Positions 30,783-33,431 of a stretch of 33,431 bases of DNA are shown piece after piece. The notes beneath the pieces were generated by a model. That model had not been told where the DNA came from. It was given only the letters and a program-made list of their open reading frames with translations, and made no database searches. The stretch comes from Octopus bimaculoides. Taxonomy: Eukaryota. Where the stretch lies: contig NC_069008.1 in the NCBI RefSeq assembly GCF_001194135.2, positions 10,319,366 through 10,352,796 on the forward strand. Direction: 5' to 3'. Position numbers and translations under genes: made by a program. The stretch's first letter is position 1. The number at the start of each line of letters is the position of its first letter.

Positions 30783-33388
30783 ACAAGAGTTAAGGAATGG
30801 AGTAGATAAGATCTGGGCTACATATGTTTCATAGTGAGTGGGACCTTGGAAGTAGTAAATGTCCAAGTGAAGTGTATACTGCAGGCTACTCTTCAGGCCA
30901 AGAATATCTTGATTAAATAAAAGTTTACATTGTCTCAAGGAGGAGAGCACAGTAGGAGAGGAGACTATAAATGTAGAGAGAAATAAATATTAACAGAAGG
31001 AAAAAATAAAAAAAATATAAGGGAGTGAGGGGAATGAGGAATTTAAGCAAGATCAATAGGGCTGTTTTGACCAAATCACAGAAATTAGCAAGGGGAATGG
31101 TATTTGCAAAAAAGGATAATGTGGAAGGAAGAGGGTGAGGAAATATTTTTGATCGAGGGGGAGAAAAAAATGTGTGGATGAAGAATGCAAGAGTATGAGG
31201 AATCTAAGCATGGTCATCTGACTGGTAGTATTCAATACTACCAAATCGCAGAAATTAGCAAGGGGAGTGGTATTAGAAAAAATAATGTGGAGGGAAGAGG
31301 GTGAGGAAATGTTTTTGGTCAAGAGGGAGAGCAAAATATATATATATGCATAAAGAAAACAAGAGAGAATGGGAAAGAATCGTGGCGGCTACTACTGGTT
31401 TTCAATTGAGGAATGTATATTGTGTGCGGTGAGCATGTTTACAGCATGACGTAATAGAGGTGTATGTTGGTGTATGTACTTGTAAGTTTACGAGGGTGGG
31501 GGAGGTAGATGAAATAAGAGACCAAAATTTTAAATGGTAAGGAAAAATACAGAGTAAAGTATGTAAATGACAATAAGGAATTAAAGGGAAGGTATATTGT
31601 TGGTTTAATATATAGTGGTAGTGAGGGTAGATAAGAGGGAAAATTTATGAAGGTTAGGGGGAAAGGCAGGGTGGAGTTGTTGTTATTTGTATTTTGAGAA
31701 TAGATTTAGTGATCATTGCTTGCAGGTAAAAATTACACTACTGCACTCACTAAGAAAATCCGGGGATTACAAAATCCTCGGCTATGCACAGATCACATTT
31801 ATTATTATAGCTGCTGTATGGCTTGGTGTGGGTAACTATGGACCACTTGAGAGTGCAAGGAGTTGAATCAATCTTTAGTTTATTGATAAGCAGAGATAAC
31901 GATGTACTGCTGGATTTTGTTTGGGACTTGAAACTGGAGTAGTGGTTGCTCACTCTAGCTTTGATGGTGGTGCTACATGAGCTGATATATATGTAGTTAC
32001 AGTTGGTAGTTGATACTGTACACTTATTATTTTTTGTGACACAGTGGTTATCTAAAGGACAGAAGGTTGGGCATCTGAAGCTGCATAGGTTTGTAGGGAA
32101 TGTTCCAGATGAACTTGTGAGGGGATTGTTATTTTGTGAGGAACCGGTGTTAGGTTTGTTATTATTGCTGGCGTTAAGATTAGTATTCAAGGAGTTAAGG
32201 GTGGTGTTGTGGGGTTGTATAATATGATGATTATTGTGCCTGTGGTATCTTCTGTGTTGTTCTCTACTTTTATAAGTGATGAAGTTGGGTATTGAGGTAA
32301 ATTTAAGGATTGGGTGTTAGTAGTGGAATTATAGTTGGAGTTATGAGGGTTAGTGTTGTTAAGGGAGTCAATTGGTGTTTTGGGTTTATATGTATGGAGC
32401 TGGAGATTATGTTGACTTAATTTATTAAGGTGTATATTAGCTGGTTATGAATTTCTGAATTTCTTGTTGAAATGTCAGATAACTCCAGCAATGTTGGTGG
32501 TAGAGAAGAATAATTTTATAGATTGAGGGTTAAATATTTTTCTAAGGGGGCTAGATTTAGAGAAATATTTTTCAAGTAGGGCGAAGAAGAGTTTAGGTAC
32601 TTGAGTCTGAAAATTAAGGGCAAAGGAGGTGGATGGAACTGGATAATGCCCTGGGTTCTAGTTCATTTATTCTGATTAGCAAGGTCAACTAGGTGGGGAG
32701 AGGGTTTTAGAGGTGTATGCTGGTGCTTGTTTCAGTGAGTTGTGATGGGGTCATCTGGTAGGAGCGTTGTTTGTTAGGTCATCTGCTACTCTGAAATTTG
32801 GGTGGGTATTGGAAGAGTAGGATAGGGGGGAATTTTATGTTTACTAATTGGGGGTGTATTTGATTGAGTTTTTATATCCAACACAACGTAGGACATAATT
32901 GTAATATTCAGCATATTGCTCAGATAAATTCTTATTGGAAGATAGTGAGGAAATCTGGTAGGAAACACTTTCTACAATAGATTTTAGGATGGAAGTGGGT
33001 GTGTGTTAAAACTGCTAATTTCTTGGATGTAACCCTGGACTTACAAAGCCAAACCTTCTACCCATACCACAAACCTGGGGAAAACCTCCACTATGTGAAC
33101 TTCTCCTCCAACCCATCCCCTCCGTCCTAAAATCTGTTTCTGCTAATTTCTGTGATTCAGCCAAAACAGCCCTATTGAATACTACCAGTCAAATGACCAT
33201 GCTTAAATTCCTCATTCCTCTCACTCCCTTTTTTTATTTTTTCCTTCTTTTAATACTTATTTCTCTCTACATTTATATTCTCCTTTCCCACTGTGCTCTC
33301 TACACTGGATATTTACCACTTCTGAGGTCCAGCTCGTTATGAAACATATGTAGCCTGGATCTTATCTACTCCATTCTTTAACTCTTGT
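30783..33388 (-). mobile_element. Decayed Penelope-like retroelement with inverted terminal repeats (pseudo-LTRs)
   Basis: GIY-YIG-region remnant (CPLDNHC...NHYSSF...LKWSIV..KCDLCIAE, 31750-32190, minus); IIxFxPP...KIFN motif near 32480-32660 (minus); RT thumb FLDVTLDL...YHKP...YVNFSSN near 33010-33130 (plus); arms 30783-31090 and 33141-33388 are inverted copies. Confidence 0.85.
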
Positions 33389-33431
33389 ATGTATGTATGT
33401 ATGTATGTATGTATATATATATATATATATA

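Overview
Eukaryotic (animal) genomic DNA, AT-rich, with microsatellites and one 208-N assembly gap. The SINE families look like those of octopus/coleoid genomes; this comes from my recall of the sequences, not from a database search. The window lies inside one large minus-strand gene. I can assemble 10 GT-AG exons with consistent phases (2838 nt, 946 codons, no stops). They encode a helical region, a VWD domain, a C8-like Cys domain, a vWA-like region and a Cys-rich tail, i.e. the C-terminal part of an apolipophorin/apoB/vitellogenin-type large lipid transfer protein. The gene appears to run off both ends of the window. The introns are packed with mobile DNA: a full-length dead mariner nested in a SINE, a roughly 3.2 kb Helitron, a hAT MITE, a rearranged Penelope-like element, RTE and R4-like LINE scraps and many tRNA-derived SINEs. 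The most striking unannotated signal is a set of minimal type I hammerhead-ribozyme-like motifs (CUGAnGA...GAAA plus a palindromic stem III). They belong to about five unrelated sequence families, and several are arranged as inverted twin copies that would form long hairpins in the host pre-mRNA. Hammerheads in Penelope-like elements are known, so the novelty would lie in the variants and architecture. Repeat boundaries are approximate (about 10 bp) unless TIRs or TSDs are given.
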